Shown: positions 20,701-29,276 of the stretch, in pieces
Numbering within the stretch: the stretch's first letter is position 1
Layout of the letters: every line of letters starts with the position of its first letter
IMG/VR virus record: IMGVR_UViG_3300025676_000023
Span: 1 to 56,062 of that record
DNA from: a virus
Taxonomy: Duplodnaviria > Caudoviricetes
Strand: one strand, 5' to 3'
DNA length: 56,062 bases
Notes under the pieces: generated by a model
Told to the model about the DNA's origin: nothing
The model's database searches: none
Seen by the model: the letters and a program-made list of their open reading frames with translations, nothing else
Made by a program: the position numbers and the translations under genes

Positions 20701-22868
20701 AGTACGCAATAGAGCTTTTTGGCGACCTAGGAGAAGAGGGCCAAAAAGCCATTGAGGAAATCATGAACAAAATGGCAAAACATGGAAAAGACAAGTTTGA
20801 ACTAAGAGAAGATTTCAGAGGCAGAGACAGAGCTAAATCAGTAAGAGAGTTTAATAGAGAATTGGAATTCGCCGAGAAAGGACTGTCTACCCTAGCGCAA
20901 GTCCAAGCCGTAGTAAATAAAAGAATCGCAACATACGTAGCGCTCGGAGGCCGACTGTCCAAGGAAGAAATACAAAAAGGAAACAAGCAAGTCCAATCTT
21001 CTACCCTAGCAGAATTCGACAGAGAGCTAGGGGTCATAAGCAAAAAGGGATACAGTGCCCAAGTAATCCTCCAGAAACTAGGAGATAATATATCAAAACT
21101 GGTACAAAATCCAGAAACAAAAAAGGGAACTATTGGGAAAGACAGAATCGAACAGATAAGAAAAGCAAACAAAGCGGCGACAAGAGACTTTGGGCGGCAA
21201 TTCGAAGTCACCAAGGAGCTTTTTGAAGGAGGAGCGGTAAGCATAGACGTGCTCAGGTCGAGCCTTGCCCAGTTCAATGAGAAGGCGATGCAAACTGGGG
21301 ACTATGGATTTGAGAATTTCTTATCGTCAATTAAGGACGAATTCACATACACCAACGCAGATTTTTACAAAGACATCGACCAAATGGGTCGAGAATTCGC
21401 TAGAGACTTCAAGAGCGGAACAGCCTCGGCTTTCGGCGAAGCAATCAAAGGCACTAAAGATTTGAAACAAGCATTTTCCGAGATGTTCGGAAATATGGCC
21501 GACAAGATGCTTGATAAGTCCCTCAATATGGCCACCAACGCTGCGTTTGGAGCGATGGGCTTCAAGGGAATGAACAAGGGCGGACCCGTTAAAGGCTACA
21601 GTCAAGGCGGATCAGTCGTCGGAGGCTCTGGCATTAAAGACGACGTGCCAGCTTATTTAAGCCGAGGCGAGTATGTGATTCGCCGTAAAGCGGTAAATGA
21701 ATACGGAAAACAATTTTTTGAGTCATTGAATGGCGGCAATGTAATTGCGGCAGCGTCTGGCGGGGGTGTCGGTGATAAACTTTCCGAAGGCTCTGCCCAG
21801 AAAATCTTTGGCGGAAAAGCCCGCAATGCGGCTGCTATCCAAGCAGAAAGAACAAAAAGACTAAATGCTCTTTCGGGCGCTGGAATAGCATCTTACGGGT
21901 ACAAAGAATCAACTGGAGACACGAAGGAAGATTGGCTCGGAAGAAAGACCTCGCAAAAGATACTAGCAAGTAAAGTTGGGTTTAGGCTGGATTTTGGCAA
22001 ACCACTAAACGAGGAGCGAATCAAAAAAATACAAAGCGCAGTAAATAGCTACCCAGAAATCGGACCATTCATTGATCCAGACATCTTCAAGAAGTCAACC
22101 GTGCAAATCGGAAAAGGAGCAACGAAAGCTAAATTTAAAAACAGCTTCATATACAATGAAACCAAGCGGCCAGACGCGGGGAAATTTAATATCGATTCAA
22201 GACTTTCCAGCCTCGCTTTAAACGATGAAGACAACCCGCAGAACAAATATAAATTTTCAAAGGCTGACGAATTCTTTGGTTATCAAAAGGACCGCTTAGA
22301 GTACTACTCCGACAAGCAGAAAGAGCTGCAAGACTTTCAAGATCAAAAAGCCGCCAAGAGAACTAGCTTTCTGTTCGGGGCAGCGGCGATGCTGATCGGG
22401 GGCGCGGGGGGTGGCGGCAGGGGTTTTGCCAAGGGCGGAATCAATAAAGAAGATAATATCCCAGCACTGCTCACTGGTGGCGAATACGTGATGCGAAAAG
22501 GCATTGTTGACAAATATGGGATGTCATTCTTCGAGAGTTTAAACAGGGGCAAAATATCAGCCTTCAACTCTGGCGGGTACGTAGCTCCTGTGACTGGAGC
22601 TAGCGCCATAAGAGAGCACAAACTGGGCGAAGGCAGCAAATCTTCGGAGGGAGTCTACAGCACAAACAACATCAACATATCTATCAATGTTGACGGGAAC
22701 GGCGCTGTAACAGCCGAGTCTGATGAGCGCGGAGCAAGCAGCACGAACCCCGCCTCCCAAGAAGAAGCTAAGATACTCGCGGATAGAGTCAAGAGCGCAG
22801 TAGTGGAAGTTATAACTAACGAGAAGCGACCAGGGGGAATGCTCTACGGGAGTCAGGGAAGCGTTTAA
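11715..22868 (+). CDS. Giant tape measure protein (3717 aa) with an internal array of enzymatic cargo domains
   Basis: N-terminal TP901-like core ('LADINVIL...GQSFSAVSEAALEFARQG'), long helical and Gly/Ala-rich segments, C-terminal 'GG...VPAxLxxGEYV' repeats typical of gpH-like proteins. Confidence 0.9.
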   Translation: MAADRPIAEGTIRFTPDTRSLANVEKSVKKAITRIEGVASRGGLLSKAYTQPLGKITGATDEFTKSLEASNARVIAFGASAGIIYTVQRAITASVGAAINLEKTLADINVILNETNSGLRKFSQELFTIAKGTGQSFSAVSEAALEFARQGLAVEETLKRTRDAMILVRLSGLDVVSSVEAVTATLNSFNQTVITSTQLINKLANVDAAFAVSSADLAEAIRRVGSSAQDANVGIDELIAMVTTAQQVTARGGSVIGNSLKTIFTRLQRPAVLNDLAAFGVKVKDASGAMLPAMQVLKNFSSAYGGLAPAQKAVAAEMVGGVFQVNVLKAAVGDLGKQFSIYDRALGVSISSTDQAIQRNALLNKTLSTLINESLINVQKVGAAFANLTITPALTQVLESVNTAVDSLTQKAQDGDLGVTFGKGILAGISNILKGPALIAIAGILGKLTFSFFKFSTDALKTFTGLNDTANRQKEMQQLIQNILIKNPTLIQAATSSAEGLKMVEQQILNIVEAQNVAMSTSAQLSSKIAGNVSASNLKSINSSVSGTAAAGFVPNYSRKNERAEVAGAIQGGYMPGNIETMQVKGVGTVTWNDAETVKTFPGMEQPAIMPPRQSDAGKNYEKKFKAAHGFNPYAQGFVPNFNKGKGIRVIDGDTMEAMATEEKSYRLSKVDAAESSDGEWGKAATALLRKSTLSKKERFEKAIARGEKAAYGRGLFVDENFQKLLVKKGLGVPDLRYASSSYAAKEVEKAREKGAGIWSDKKNEKVLQYLGQSKLLGKEENLEYRTGKGSLTTKKLFDKKHKDTGDVFLSQDAHHNLFSKKKNKALGFIPNLEYGGLRDEDLGDSFINVNPNNKAKSIDHRLTQKEIGKRVGGKTLIRGPEGETLVVGGDLEGKSGSITVGGLSARKIKKANPKFASMLDQVPNLFDGLAYQIMGAVGAKFDPEGAKGAVAGVKFEQEFAAKHGLPEAGAKKGSDFILAEKMAQNLGTQKHLQLKLSMFEKSKRDVEKTVDIASSFSKYLVDMLTNNIKTQGLSKLVGPDRFRAAMGVLKKNPALKSQWSGYFGKAGMMAEGLVPNFAMGLGKGKKLLERGKVRLGELGSERRQVNVNKGKALSGQAVAYLAQTFGVSPAILATISPAIEGEIDGRASYNKMLNPKGRMGAGIKIRARPFEILNNLHIPEKRKVYPKGEVLNAVSSFAHESTHALQAKIAGGLHGDEGLSRDALWASTAGNINPQEALNLVPENKRQGAVDYASSKIHSERAKELGVYQTEAEQDYERTAYYTGAAAREKAKGLYGYARGLVPNFAKYQIGQKLPKGRGAGGRHLAVRDNNMGIHWDPSAMFHADLVERSGLQGKTMDGGWLYPNGRYEKIKGHDGSGLQANGLVPNLAVDSSFAIKQRANKGLVPNFAQSALGAAIGREKAAGYSSSQVKVGYDSRLAASGGIGVYNSTEGSLSRAINMHAASGKTMGQIQKQGASRGMVPNFETDAGDFLGGGASLMFIAPMLKQMADGFAASRTKKKEEAEEVDRLTKAIREAEEAVGEFDDKLASAAPSKEDMSSKRAEIDNKKVEDRESARKFAEDSLGDKTSTGKDRKRNKDGTLSLSTMNKSDRKEFDKAFNRSLGARNRSTDAMEKELVQMQKDRDSRAKNLTAREKASDLVLQAEEEYAQELDKQKKNKPTLNRKVSEIGGQLAFSAPMLGGMAGSLLGGSTGAAVSGFGTGLGTGAAGAMVAAEAGEGMTNFSKSMEGKKGIGGGLGKVAGAVGAIAGPAGMAVAGLMAVKGALVAMKKASIREEGAKTAAALETVSKKFNKVQSSGQAFMDGFDKLARAYENPLNAKPEDVKRIKDQMSKALADAPADFRKQINAAAGDADKIKAAFSEMMENLNQRKSGLSASKDIFDMREKFASGVFDRTLFDRKGNGELSAEGLNVKGTIESGIQSGAKREEMRKAIENNENVDFSKKADQIRFFSEEYSAAVNSIENPSGIALTTQLMQEFFERLKKGAKEADKIAADVERRQKIERKYMKHMNLLKEKLQAFVATLGLVAKSVQEKSFTLQKMGNKSKDTSLDLMKARFEGSSKMVDPFRTRTEKVRSSSDAKRFEIRANSIKEMRNAIAEGSRKALSISAEGFMKAASKIEASAKSLTAKENRELLTEFQRNKKALDALQPVMENAFAEFAKTPNKLDALNGVSTKMKAALIKAGYDSSKANVLTSILTQELISNKDTIGNKLAEIIQKQKDQLLVEQEQAYWAQESAKLQDRLSSFGGGSDFSKGGTTNLSSNFSKMTDNLGQAITGAMSGGIIELGRAQMGILDTLLNNLNFDSLRGDIEGLAPLLGPAIAGRAADIEGQMSFAKQLARIQGFKGAFPEVDSQQLAVEQVSQQLKLDDVPDHIRAMRRNSDVLNTLIMAQTHDMANANTEAFSDALKMNGLQNLGRNSMASAIAGKQNITANDQIRQVNMVGFEALNKSIQKDLPNSINTAMAPFKDRMGEIGKVLEDMQIAKGGKPLEDKAVEAKIKLGNLTEEFQEKQKAAREQNKFLKPLENPFEVGKKQLLAGGTTTGSKLKTVNDSPYRGSGEFEDLFGLGIYKNELEKNDKDYKKRVKGNDMDTSLRDRYAANTAALKKLNTYLSNNEIDLSGAQKMAARFEGNKSNFGKEEKTTGHTEFNRRAAFRASIRVPANSKIERDPGIKAAQANLEKAQKAHQDYLDKTKKMREPSSGNRVSETVARLSSILKPTLEKIFSKKLFEKFTSTSSDIGTVADDEGVTRNRMDIQGRTATYSRFSRAQIDAEYKKLQGEEGAARETLRGRVDDGGEVRGFDATAIEKQQAENALKRVALLKASLKVSDAHLAADEEHKKAMQKLKDAAAERLEFIQDSITQNENITQLLVLFRQVQLKMADKKLINAAQEILQTSVSFGDPKQLRDNAESKYRSGISSISSLDPAERKRISEDSVKLGALRNKVNTAGGEELFQQFMTRDMGMDFDEDKLKKLGPLEYAIELFGDLGEEGQKAIEEIMNKMAKHGKDKFELREDFRGRDRAKSVREFNRELEFAEKGLSTLAQVQAVVNKRIATYVALGGRLSKEEIQKGNKQVQSSTLAEFDRELGVISKKGYSAQVILQKLGDNISKLVQNPETKKGTIGKDRIEQIRKANKAATRDFGRQFEVTKELFEGGAVSIDVLRSSLAQFNEKAMQTGDYGFENFLSSIKDEFTYTNADFYKDIDQMGREFARDFKSGTASAFGEAIKGTKDLKQAFSEMFGNMADKMLDKSLNMATNAAFGAMGFKGMNKGGPVKGYSQGGSVVGGSGIKDDVPAYLSRGEYVIRRKAVNEYGKQFFESLNGGNVIAAASGGGVGDKLSEGSAQKIFGGKARNAAAIQAERTKRLNALSGAGIASYGYKESTGDTKEDWLGRKTSQKILASKVGFRLDFGKPLNEERIKKIQSAVNSYPEIGPFIDPDIFKKSTVQIGKGATKAKFKNSFIYNETKRPDAGKFNIDSRLSSLALNDEDNPQNKYKFSKADEFFGYQKDRLEYYSDKQKELQDFQDQKAAKRTSFLFGAAAMLIGGAGGGGRGFAKGGINKEDNIPALLTGGEYVMRKGIVDKYGMSFFESLNRGKISAFNSGGYVAPVTGASAIREHKLGEGSKSSEGVYSTNNINISINVDGNGAVTAESDERGASSTNPASQEEAKILADRVKSAVVEVITNEKRPGGMLYGSQGSV
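13368..16169 (+). repeat. Eight dispersed in-frame G(F/L/M)(V/I)PN(F/Y/L) motifs within the TMP
   Basis: Starts at 13368, 13623, 14196, 14931, 15615, 15864, 15924, 16152, all in the TMP frame. Confidence 0.9.
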
Positions 22869-23617
22869 GAATAACGCAATTCAGTATTTGCGATAATATC
22901 CCTATCAGATAAAACCACATTTTGGGGGAAACCATTAGCAGCGAAAGCTTGCTCACCACTTTCTGGAGCTTCGATAGTTACGCTCGGGGCGAAATCATAT
23001 CCACAACCATAATCAACCACATCAATTCTTTCTACTTCGCCATCCTTGATGGAGGCAACTGCTTTAGCCGCGAAACCAAAATAGGTTCCAGTTGGATCGT
23101 CTATGGTGACTTTAGGCGGGGCTGTGTATCCGCTGCCCTTCTCTAACATTTCAATATGAAAAATATTACCAAATGGATTATAGCGCAAAATGTCAGCGTC
23201 TTGCTCGACGTCATTGAATCTAAGGTTATCAGGCAGGTCTCTGAGGAATGATTTAAGTTTGATTACGTGGCCTTTTAAGGCTTGATCCTCTTCTTCTAAG
23301 GCTCTGAAAAAAGGCACATCTAAATTAGTTAAAAAGAAATCGCGGCGGTTTCTGATTTCGCCATACATCTTTTCAATGAACGCGGTCCTTATGTCCATTG
23401 TGAGTTTATCGTTCTCGTCTATTTGGTAGTGGTTTCGGTAAACTTCAGGAGAGACCGTATCCTCCTCAATGAAGAAGTATTTTCTAACCTTACCCTTAGA
23501 CTCGGGACGCATGGTTTCGTAACGCTCTAAAGCTTCTTGCTCGTCAACATTTAAAGAAAAACTTATGACGTGCTTTTCTCCGTTCTGTAAAAAAATTATG
23601 AGATTATTGTTTTTCAT
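22865..23617 (-). CDS. Tail fibre assembly-like/virion accessory protein
   Basis: 'RNRRDFFLTNLD...LRDLP' (Tfa-like) plus 'GSGYTAPPKVTI...GCGYDFAPSVTI' repeat seen in phage baseplate proteins. Confidence 0.55.
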   Translation of the reverse strand: MKNNNLIIFLQNGEKHVISFSLNVDEQEALERYETMRPESKGKVRKYFFIEEDTVSPEVYRNHYQIDENDKLTMDIRTAFIEKMYGEIRNRRDFFLTNLDVPFFRALEEEDQALKGHVIKLKSFLRDLPDNLRFNDVEQDADILRYNPFGNIFHIEMLEKGSGYTAPPKVTIDDPTGTYFGFAAKAVASIKDGEVERIDVVDYGCGYDFAPSVTIEAPESGEQAFAANGFPQNVVLSDRDIIANTELRYS

Positions 23618-23618
23618 G

Positions 23619-26600
23619 TTAGCATCCTGCTGGAGTATTGCCAGCGCATTGAGGCAGGGAGGTGTTCTTTTGGTCGTTTGTTTCTTCCGTTGTCGCCATC
23701 ACAAAAAAGATTGCGTTGGACAGGTAAGAGTTATCAACCAGCTTGCCCATGTGAACGTCGAAGTAACAAGGCAATTTTGGCAGACCGCCAAAGCCCTGAA
23801 CGAATCCAGCGGGGTGGAAATTAAAGTACGCATCACTTCCGCCTATCTGCAAATCTTTGCCAGCGTAAGGACCGCTAGTGGCGATTGCTGCATCCATAGC
23901 GGCCTGAGCGCCAGCTTTAAAATCGCTAGCGTAACTGGGCTGAATGGCACTGGTGGGACTAAAGAAGGCGTCTATACCCTCTAGAAAAGTGTTACTGTAG
24001 TAAGATTCATTATTACTGTTCATTCCAACCACCCAGTACGGATCATCCTTGGCTTTTTTGAAATGCACTCTGTATCTTCTGAAGCCCTTTGTGTAGCTCT
24101 TGCTGTCTGTGTGAGTAAAGTTGTCGCTTGCATCGGTGCTGCTGTCGGAGTACCCACCCTTGGGAGATATATCTCTAGTGGCTGTATTCGAAGGGTAATT
24201 GTTCGTTAACAAATCACCCTGCTTCCAGTAATACCCGCACCCCATAGAGTAATTGTTTAGAGCGTTCGTTGGTCCAACAACCATAGTCCCCACCGCCGCT
24301 GTTATTTCGGTCATATATATGGTGGGAGATTTAAATGTACAATAAAACGGAAGATATCCTTCGTAATTACTATACTCATCAGTCACGTCTTCGACGCAAG
24401 CTATTCCACGACCATACCAATTTCCCTGAACGTCAATTTGAATCCAAGCTTTCCAGCCCTCCCCAAGTAAGTCCATTGTGTCTTGGGTGACTTTTTCTAT
24501 CCCTTTGACGTCAGAAAATCTACCTGTGAGCTTTTTAGTGAGATCGTAAGAGTCTCCATTCGAGACTGCTAGTTTTTCTACGTCTAGATCAAATTGGTCA
24601 ACGTAGGCGACCATGAAATAAGCGTCTTGAGTTTCTGTGTTTTGAGTAGACCAGCTTGGGTTAATTTCTATAACATCAACATCGGCGCTTATTCTCTGCA
24701 TGTCTATTCCGCCAGCTCCACCTTGGTAATCAGAATAACTAAAAGTAGAGCTCCGTGAGAGAACGACCACCTCTTTGACATCGGACGGCCTATTTAAATT
24801 AAAAATCTTTAAGTGGTTGTTCAGATCAACAAACCCCTGCAAAGCACTTGCTTGCGTTGGCGCTGGATTATCAACGAACAAAAAGTCCATTCCGTCTTGT
24901 TGACCGTCAGACGAAGCCCCTTCTGGGGTTTGAGCCACGACCTTAAGGGTAACTTTTCTTTTGATGTTATCGTAACTATTTCCTGCCGCCGCGTAATTAT
25001 CCGCCAAGGTCCAATCGTAAGTTGTTAGGGTCGAATCTGAGTCATCAGGTTTATACTGATTAGTTGTTTTTATAGGGGTTCCAGCGGTGGTATGCTCAGC
25101 CCAAACCCTAAGTTGATAGCTGAAATCAAGCGCAATATTTGCGTCGTCAACTTGAGGTATACTTGTGGCCCATTTAAATCTAACTGTTGAATCTTCGTAT
25201 TGATCAACTGTTCCAGCGGTAGTCGGGTCGCTCTCGTTTGGATTTTGACCAGCGGCACTTACGGCGTCGTCGTGCAGGGATAAATGACTAATTTTAACGT
25301 CTCTAATCGGGTTTACTCCGCCAACGGTTTTGCTCTGACTTACATTTACGCCATTAGATTGACCCAAGCTGTTGTAAGCGTATACAGAAATATAATATTC
25401 GCCGTTTGTTGCTGGTATAAAGCTGGCTGTCAAATTATTTAAAGAAAATACTTTCACCGAAGAGTCGTAAGTCGCTTCGGAAGCGCTAGCCCCTTTCCTT
25501 ATGTATACTTGATAGTACGAAACGCTTTCTGAGTTTACGGTGCTCGCTGAAAAATTAAATGAGACTTTCTTCGTGTTCGGAGCTCCTGCTATCGAAGTGA
25601 GGCTAGGGACGCCAATTCCAGCGGGAGCACCAGGCACTGCGAAGTTGATATTGTTTACGGGCTTGGTCGCTTCGTCAATTTCGGCATATTTACGACGGGC
25701 GTATTCCGCAGCGGAAATTTCATATTTACCCTTGTCTCTTTCTCCTATGTTTATGACTCTAAACTCTTGCTCTTGAGTCAGGGACTCGAAGAAGGTGTCT
25801 GCACGATTATCTACGCCTGTAGTAGCTATGCTCCAAAGGGCTTCGCCGCTAAATCCGCTCGTAGTATAAGAAGTTTCATTTAGATTTCCGCTCACGGTTA
25901 TCACGCTAACCCCACTTACCGAAGCTATAGTATTCGAGCTGATGTCAAATGTTTGGATTTGTTTATTTCTGATTAAATCTATTTCACTTGAATTATTTAA
26001 GCTTACCTGAGAGGTGTCGTAATAAAAAGAAGGAGTGGAGACTTTTAGCTGGTATTCCCTTTTCTGGTCTAGATTGTCGTTCGTGATGAATTTGTTTCCA
26101 TCCCAGCTTTTGCCGCCTTTCAGTTTGGCGTCTAGGGTTATCTTAAAAATGGAGTCACTAACTCTATCTAAACCCTTAATCCTTCCCCCTCTTCTGGTCA
26201 TTGATCTATTCGTGTCGGAGACGGTAAACACGTCACCTGGTCTTAATATAGACCCTTCTTGACCAGCAGAGAAAGACACGGTCTCCGTTTCGTTAGCTTC
26301 CGTAGATAGAATCCAGCGACCAAGTCGTTGGGCTTGAGATTTACTTGTGCACCCAAAGGCTGAGATTTCTTTTTCTTTTATTCCGTATTTTCTGATTGAA
26401 TCTATGTCTTCTACGTATTCAACGGCTGGCTCAAATTTGTTGTTTTTGTCATTGTATCTCACAATCGCTACGGTGTGCCTGACCTTGGCGCTTGTGCTGG
26501 AGTATTTGAATTCTCCATTTTGTACGTTTGTGTTATTGAATTGAAATATGGGATTCTTTAAAGCATCTTGAACCGCGAATAGAGCGCCTCCGTTGTAATA

Positions 26601-27932
26601 AACGATGCCCCTGAATATGCTGGCCATGTCATTTAATACTTGATAAGCGTCTGATCTAGATTGAATTAGTATATTGCAGCTAAACCTTGGTTCTAGTCCA
26701 TTGTCGTAATCTTGAACGAGCTCGTCGCAGTATTGGCCTATTTCGTAAAGAGTCCACTTGTCGAGTGTTGATGTGTCTACATATTTACCCAACCCATACC
26801 TCTTGTTCGTAATTAGGTCGTAAAAGCACCAAGCTGGGTTGTCTGTCCAGTATAGGCCCTTGCCTCTGGAGGCTCCCACGTATGTGTCGTCTTTTTTGCC
26901 GTAAGGACCAACGCTTTCCGTTGAGAAGGTTCCGTCCCAAGTTCCGTGGTAAGTCCTTGATATCGGGTCGTAATTACTCGGAATCTTTACCTTCAACAGA
27001 TTCATGTCGTAGGCTCTGTCGGGTATTTTTGAAAAGTTTTCGGCGTCGAAAGTGTTTTTAACTACGTAAGATTTCGGGTATATGAATGTGTCGTCTATTT
27101 CTTCAACTATATTGTCAACAAAGATATCATTTTTAACGTCTGGAGTCGTGGGCTCTTCGGTCTCTTTAAAGATTTGAATCTCCCAGCCAATGAAGTCTCC
27201 CCTGCCGTCTTTGTCCCTAGCCGCGACTAGAGGTAGATCAATTATAAAGCTTCGAGAGTAGGGGCTGGATAGCGAACCTTCAACTTGCATTGACCCAACG
27301 GATGTATATTGGACATCAGAGCCAAGAGCATACTTTGCCCTGTAGCTAATGTTGACCGCAACGCTAGCGTCGAGCAGTTTGCCGTAGGTTTCATTTGGTT
27401 CTGCTGTCGTGCCTGGGTTTCTGTCTACTTTTCCAAGCGATGAGATTTTGAAATTTACGATTGCCTTATTGCAGTATTTATTTCTAATTACGTAGTATCT
27501 CTCATACTTGGCGAACTCAATCGTTGCTCCGCCAGTTTTTCTTTCCTTACCTCTTAGTTTTTCATTGATTTGAACGAGTCTTCTCGAATCAAGCCCCTCC
27601 TGAGAGATAGTCTCTTGATTGGTTACTAAGTCTATGCTCTGAAAATTAAACTTAAAAGAATCTTTATCAAAGACGGGGTTCTTATTCCAGTAAATCGAAG
27701 CGAGCTCTCCAGTGTTTATGCTGGAGTGGTAGGGCTTGTGGGTCATTCCTTGGGTGTACCCTATCGAGCCAGCGACGTTGCTTCCGTTGTCTTTGTACTC
27801 TTCGTGTACTAGTCCTGAAATTTCACCCTCACACAGCAAGTCCACAACATAGCCAGTAGTGTTAGACATGTACCTAATGCCTGTGCCGTCTCCAGCGCCG
27901 TAATAAACGCCTTGTACTTTATCAGTAGCCAT
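23619..27932 (-). CDS. Tail tip/host-specificity protein, lambda gpJ-like
   Basis: 'DLLCEGEISGL', 'WTDNPAWCFYDL', 'RYGLG', 'EPRFSCN', 'AFGCTSKSQAQRLGRW', 'LRPGDV'. Confidence 0.9.
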   Translation of the reverse strand: MATDKVQGVYYGAGDGTGIRYMSNTTGYVVDLLCEGEISGLVHEEYKDNGSNVAGSIGYTQGMTHKPYHSSINTGELASIYWNKNPVFDKDSFKFNFQSIDLVTNQETISQEGLDSRRLVQINEKLRGKERKTGGATIEFAKYERYYVIRNKYCNKAIVNFKISSLGKVDRNPGTTAEPNETYGKLLDASVAVNISYRAKYALGSDVQYTSVGSMQVEGSLSSPYSRSFIIDLPLVAARDKDGRGDFIGWEIQIFKETEEPTTPDVKNDIFVDNIVEEIDDTFIYPKSYVVKNTFDAENFSKIPDRAYDMNLLKVKIPSNYDPISRTYHGTWDGTFSTESVGPYGKKDDTYVGASRGKGLYWTDNPAWCFYDLITNKRYGLGKYVDTSTLDKWTLYEIGQYCDELVQDYDNGLEPRFSCNILIQSRSDAYQVLNDMASIFRGIVYYNGGALFAVQDALKNPIFQFNNTNVQNGEFKYSSTSAKVRHTVAIVRYNDKNNKFEPAVEYVEDIDSIRKYGIKEKEISAFGCTSKSQAQRLGRWILSTEANETETVSFSAGQEGSILRPGDVFTVSDTNRSMTRRGGRIKGLDRVSDSIFKITLDAKLKGGKSWDGNKFITNDNLDQKREYQLKVSTPSFYYDTSQVSLNNSSEIDLIRNKQIQTFDISSNTIASVSGVSVITVSGNLNETSYTTSGFSGEALWSIATTGVDNRADTFFESLTQEQEFRVINIGERDKGKYEISAAEYARRKYAEIDEATKPVNNINFAVPGAPAGIGVPSLTSIAGAPNTKKVSFNFSASTVNSESVSYYQVYIRKGASASEATYDSSVKVFSLNNLTASFIPATNGEYYISVYAYNSLGQSNGVNVSQSKTVGGVNPIRDVKISHLSLHDDAVSAAGQNPNESDPTTAGTVDQYEDSTVRFKWATSIPQVDDANIALDFSYQLRVWAEHTTAGTPIKTTNQYKPDDSDSTLTTYDWTLADNYAAAGNSYDNIKRKVTLKVVAQTPEGASSDGQQDGMDFLFVDNPAPTQASALQGFVDLNNHLKIFNLNRPSDVKEVVVLSRSSTFSYSDYQGGAGGIDMQRISADVDVIEINPSWSTQNTETQDAYFMVAYVDQFDLDVEKLAVSNGDSYDLTKKLTGRFSDVKGIEKVTQDTMDLLGEGWKAWIQIDVQGNWYGRGIACVEDVTDEYSNYEGYLPFYCTFKSPTIYMTEITAAVGTMVVGPTNALNNYSMGCGYYWKQGDLLTNNYPSNTATRDISPKGGYSDSSTDASDNFTHTDSKSYTKGFRRYRVHFKKAKDDPYWVVGMNSNNESYYSNTFLEGIDAFFSPTSAIQPSYASDFKAGAQAAMDAAIATSGPYAGKDLQIGGSDAYFNFHPAGFVQGFGGLPKLPCYFDVHMGKLVDNSYLSNAIFFVMATTEETNDQKNTSLPQCAGNTPAGC

Positions 27933-28573
27933 TAGTAATACTCCCCATCTTCAAAGATTACTCTGTCTCCATGCTCGTGGGAGTATGCAATCGCTAAGGA
28001 GCCGACCATTACCCTTCCGTACCCCACGGGAACGGGACCGCCTGGGTTGTAAGTGTTAATTGGCCCGCTAAATAAGTAGGACTCTTTTTTGTGTGTCTGC
28101 TGTATTTCTCTGAAATCTTCAAATTCTGGCGGCTCCGCGAGAAGGTTGCTCATGCCAGTCATAAACGCGTAAGCGCCCATCATCGTCATCATCGCGCTCT
28201 GCGTGTGGAGCCCCATACCGAACATCATAGCGCCCCCCACAACCAAGGCTATGTCTTTGGCGTCATCGCCCGCACCCTCTAGGACTGGCACGACATCTAT
28301 TGATTTCATAGTCTTGCTCAAGAACATCTCGGAATCTTTAGCTTCTTCCGCTTCATTTATTGGCTTTGAAAATAAGTTTTTATCGTCAGTAAGTATTTTG
28401 TATTTTATGTTTTGCTTTTCGTTAGCGAAGATAGCTTGGGAAAGTTTTCTTTTCGAAAGCACGTCAACCGCCCTCAACGCTTCAGCGACATTAGACACCT
28501 TGAGGTCCCAATTTTTTTGACCTAAAGCTTCAGCTAGATTTCCGTGGAAAGTTATTTTAGTTAGTCCTGACAT
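27932..28573 (-). CDS. Tail assembly protein, lambda gpI-like
   Basis: 'ITFHGNLA', 'VAEALRA', 'IDVVPVLEGAG', 'SYLFSGPIN...GGPVPVGYG'. Confidence 0.9.
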   Translation of the reverse strand: MSGLTKITFHGNLAEALGQKNWDLKVSNVAEALRAVDVLSKRKLSQAIFANEKQNIKYKILTDDKNLFSKPINEAEEAKDSEMFLSKTMKSIDVVPVLEGAGDDAKDIALVVGGAMMFGMGLHTQSAMMTMMGAYAFMTGMSNLLAEPPEFEDFREIQQTHKKESYLFSGPINTYNPGGPVPVGYGRVMVGSLAIAYSHEHGDRVIFEDGEYY

Positions 28574-29276
28574 TTTTATGCCTAATTATTTTCTTAATGA
28601 GCTTCTGGTGTCTGCCCGTTAACGATTCTATTCTGGAGTAGCTTCTTACTGGTTGATGCAGGATCAAGCCGTTGTCTAGATAAAGCGCTATATGAGAGCA
28701 CGGCTTATTCCCCCCCGAATTAAATAATATACAATCATACTTCGATAAGCTTGATACTTCAAAAAATCCTTCGTCTTCGAAGTGTTTTTCGAACAGTTCG
28801 GGTAAATACGACTTCCAGTCTTGATCTCTATAGTGATGGTTTAGAGATATGCTTAATTCGTCCTCGTAAAAATCTCTCACCAAAGAATAACAATCCGTGT
28901 TTCCTATATCAAACTTTCTGCCTATATATCGATTAAAGCTTCCGTAAGACGGGGAGAATTGCAGGAGAGAATTGTCCTCGGGGCAATACATTACGTAAGT
29001 TACTCTATGAGCAATACTGTTAAATTTGTCAAACTCAGAGAAGTTCCGATTGCCATTCGTGTGAGAGTGATAAACAGCAACGATCTCACCAAGGTTTGAG
29101 GCTCTCAAGTAGTCTTTAGGATTAACCCTAAAAAGGTCCTTTCCCGCAGAGTCGTTTTTCGTGGGAATACAAGCTAATTTCCCGCGATCAGAAATAATCA
29201 AACCACAACACTCTCTGGGGAACTCCTTTTCGTGATGAGCTTTGATCTGCTTTTTAATTTTACTATCTAAAATCAC
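28557..29276 (-). CDS. Tail assembly protein, lambda gpK-like (JAB/MPN plus NlpC/P60)
   Basis: 'PRECCG', 'YHSH...FSEFD', 'DCYSLVRD', 'HIALY...ILH'; likely GTG start at 29276 overlapping the gpL stop. Confidence 0.9.
   Translation of the reverse strand: MILDSKIKKQIKAHHEKEFPRECCGLIISDRGKLACIPTKNDSAGKDLFRVNPKDYLRASNLGEIVAVYHSHTNGNRNFSEFDKFNSIAHRVTYVMYCPEDNSLLQFSPSYGSFNRYIGRKFDIGNTDCYSLVRDFYEDELSISLNHHYRDQDWKSYLPELFEKHFEDEGFFEVSSLSKYDCILFNSGGNKPCSHIALYLDNGLILHQPVRSYSRIESLTGRHQKLIKKIIRHKNVRTN

Noticed and set aside
20435-21277. 280-aa antisense ORF and many other minus-strand ORFs within the TMP
   Set aside because: Ser/Leu/Phe-rich mirror of a Lys/Glu-rich sense frame; no recognisable motifs.
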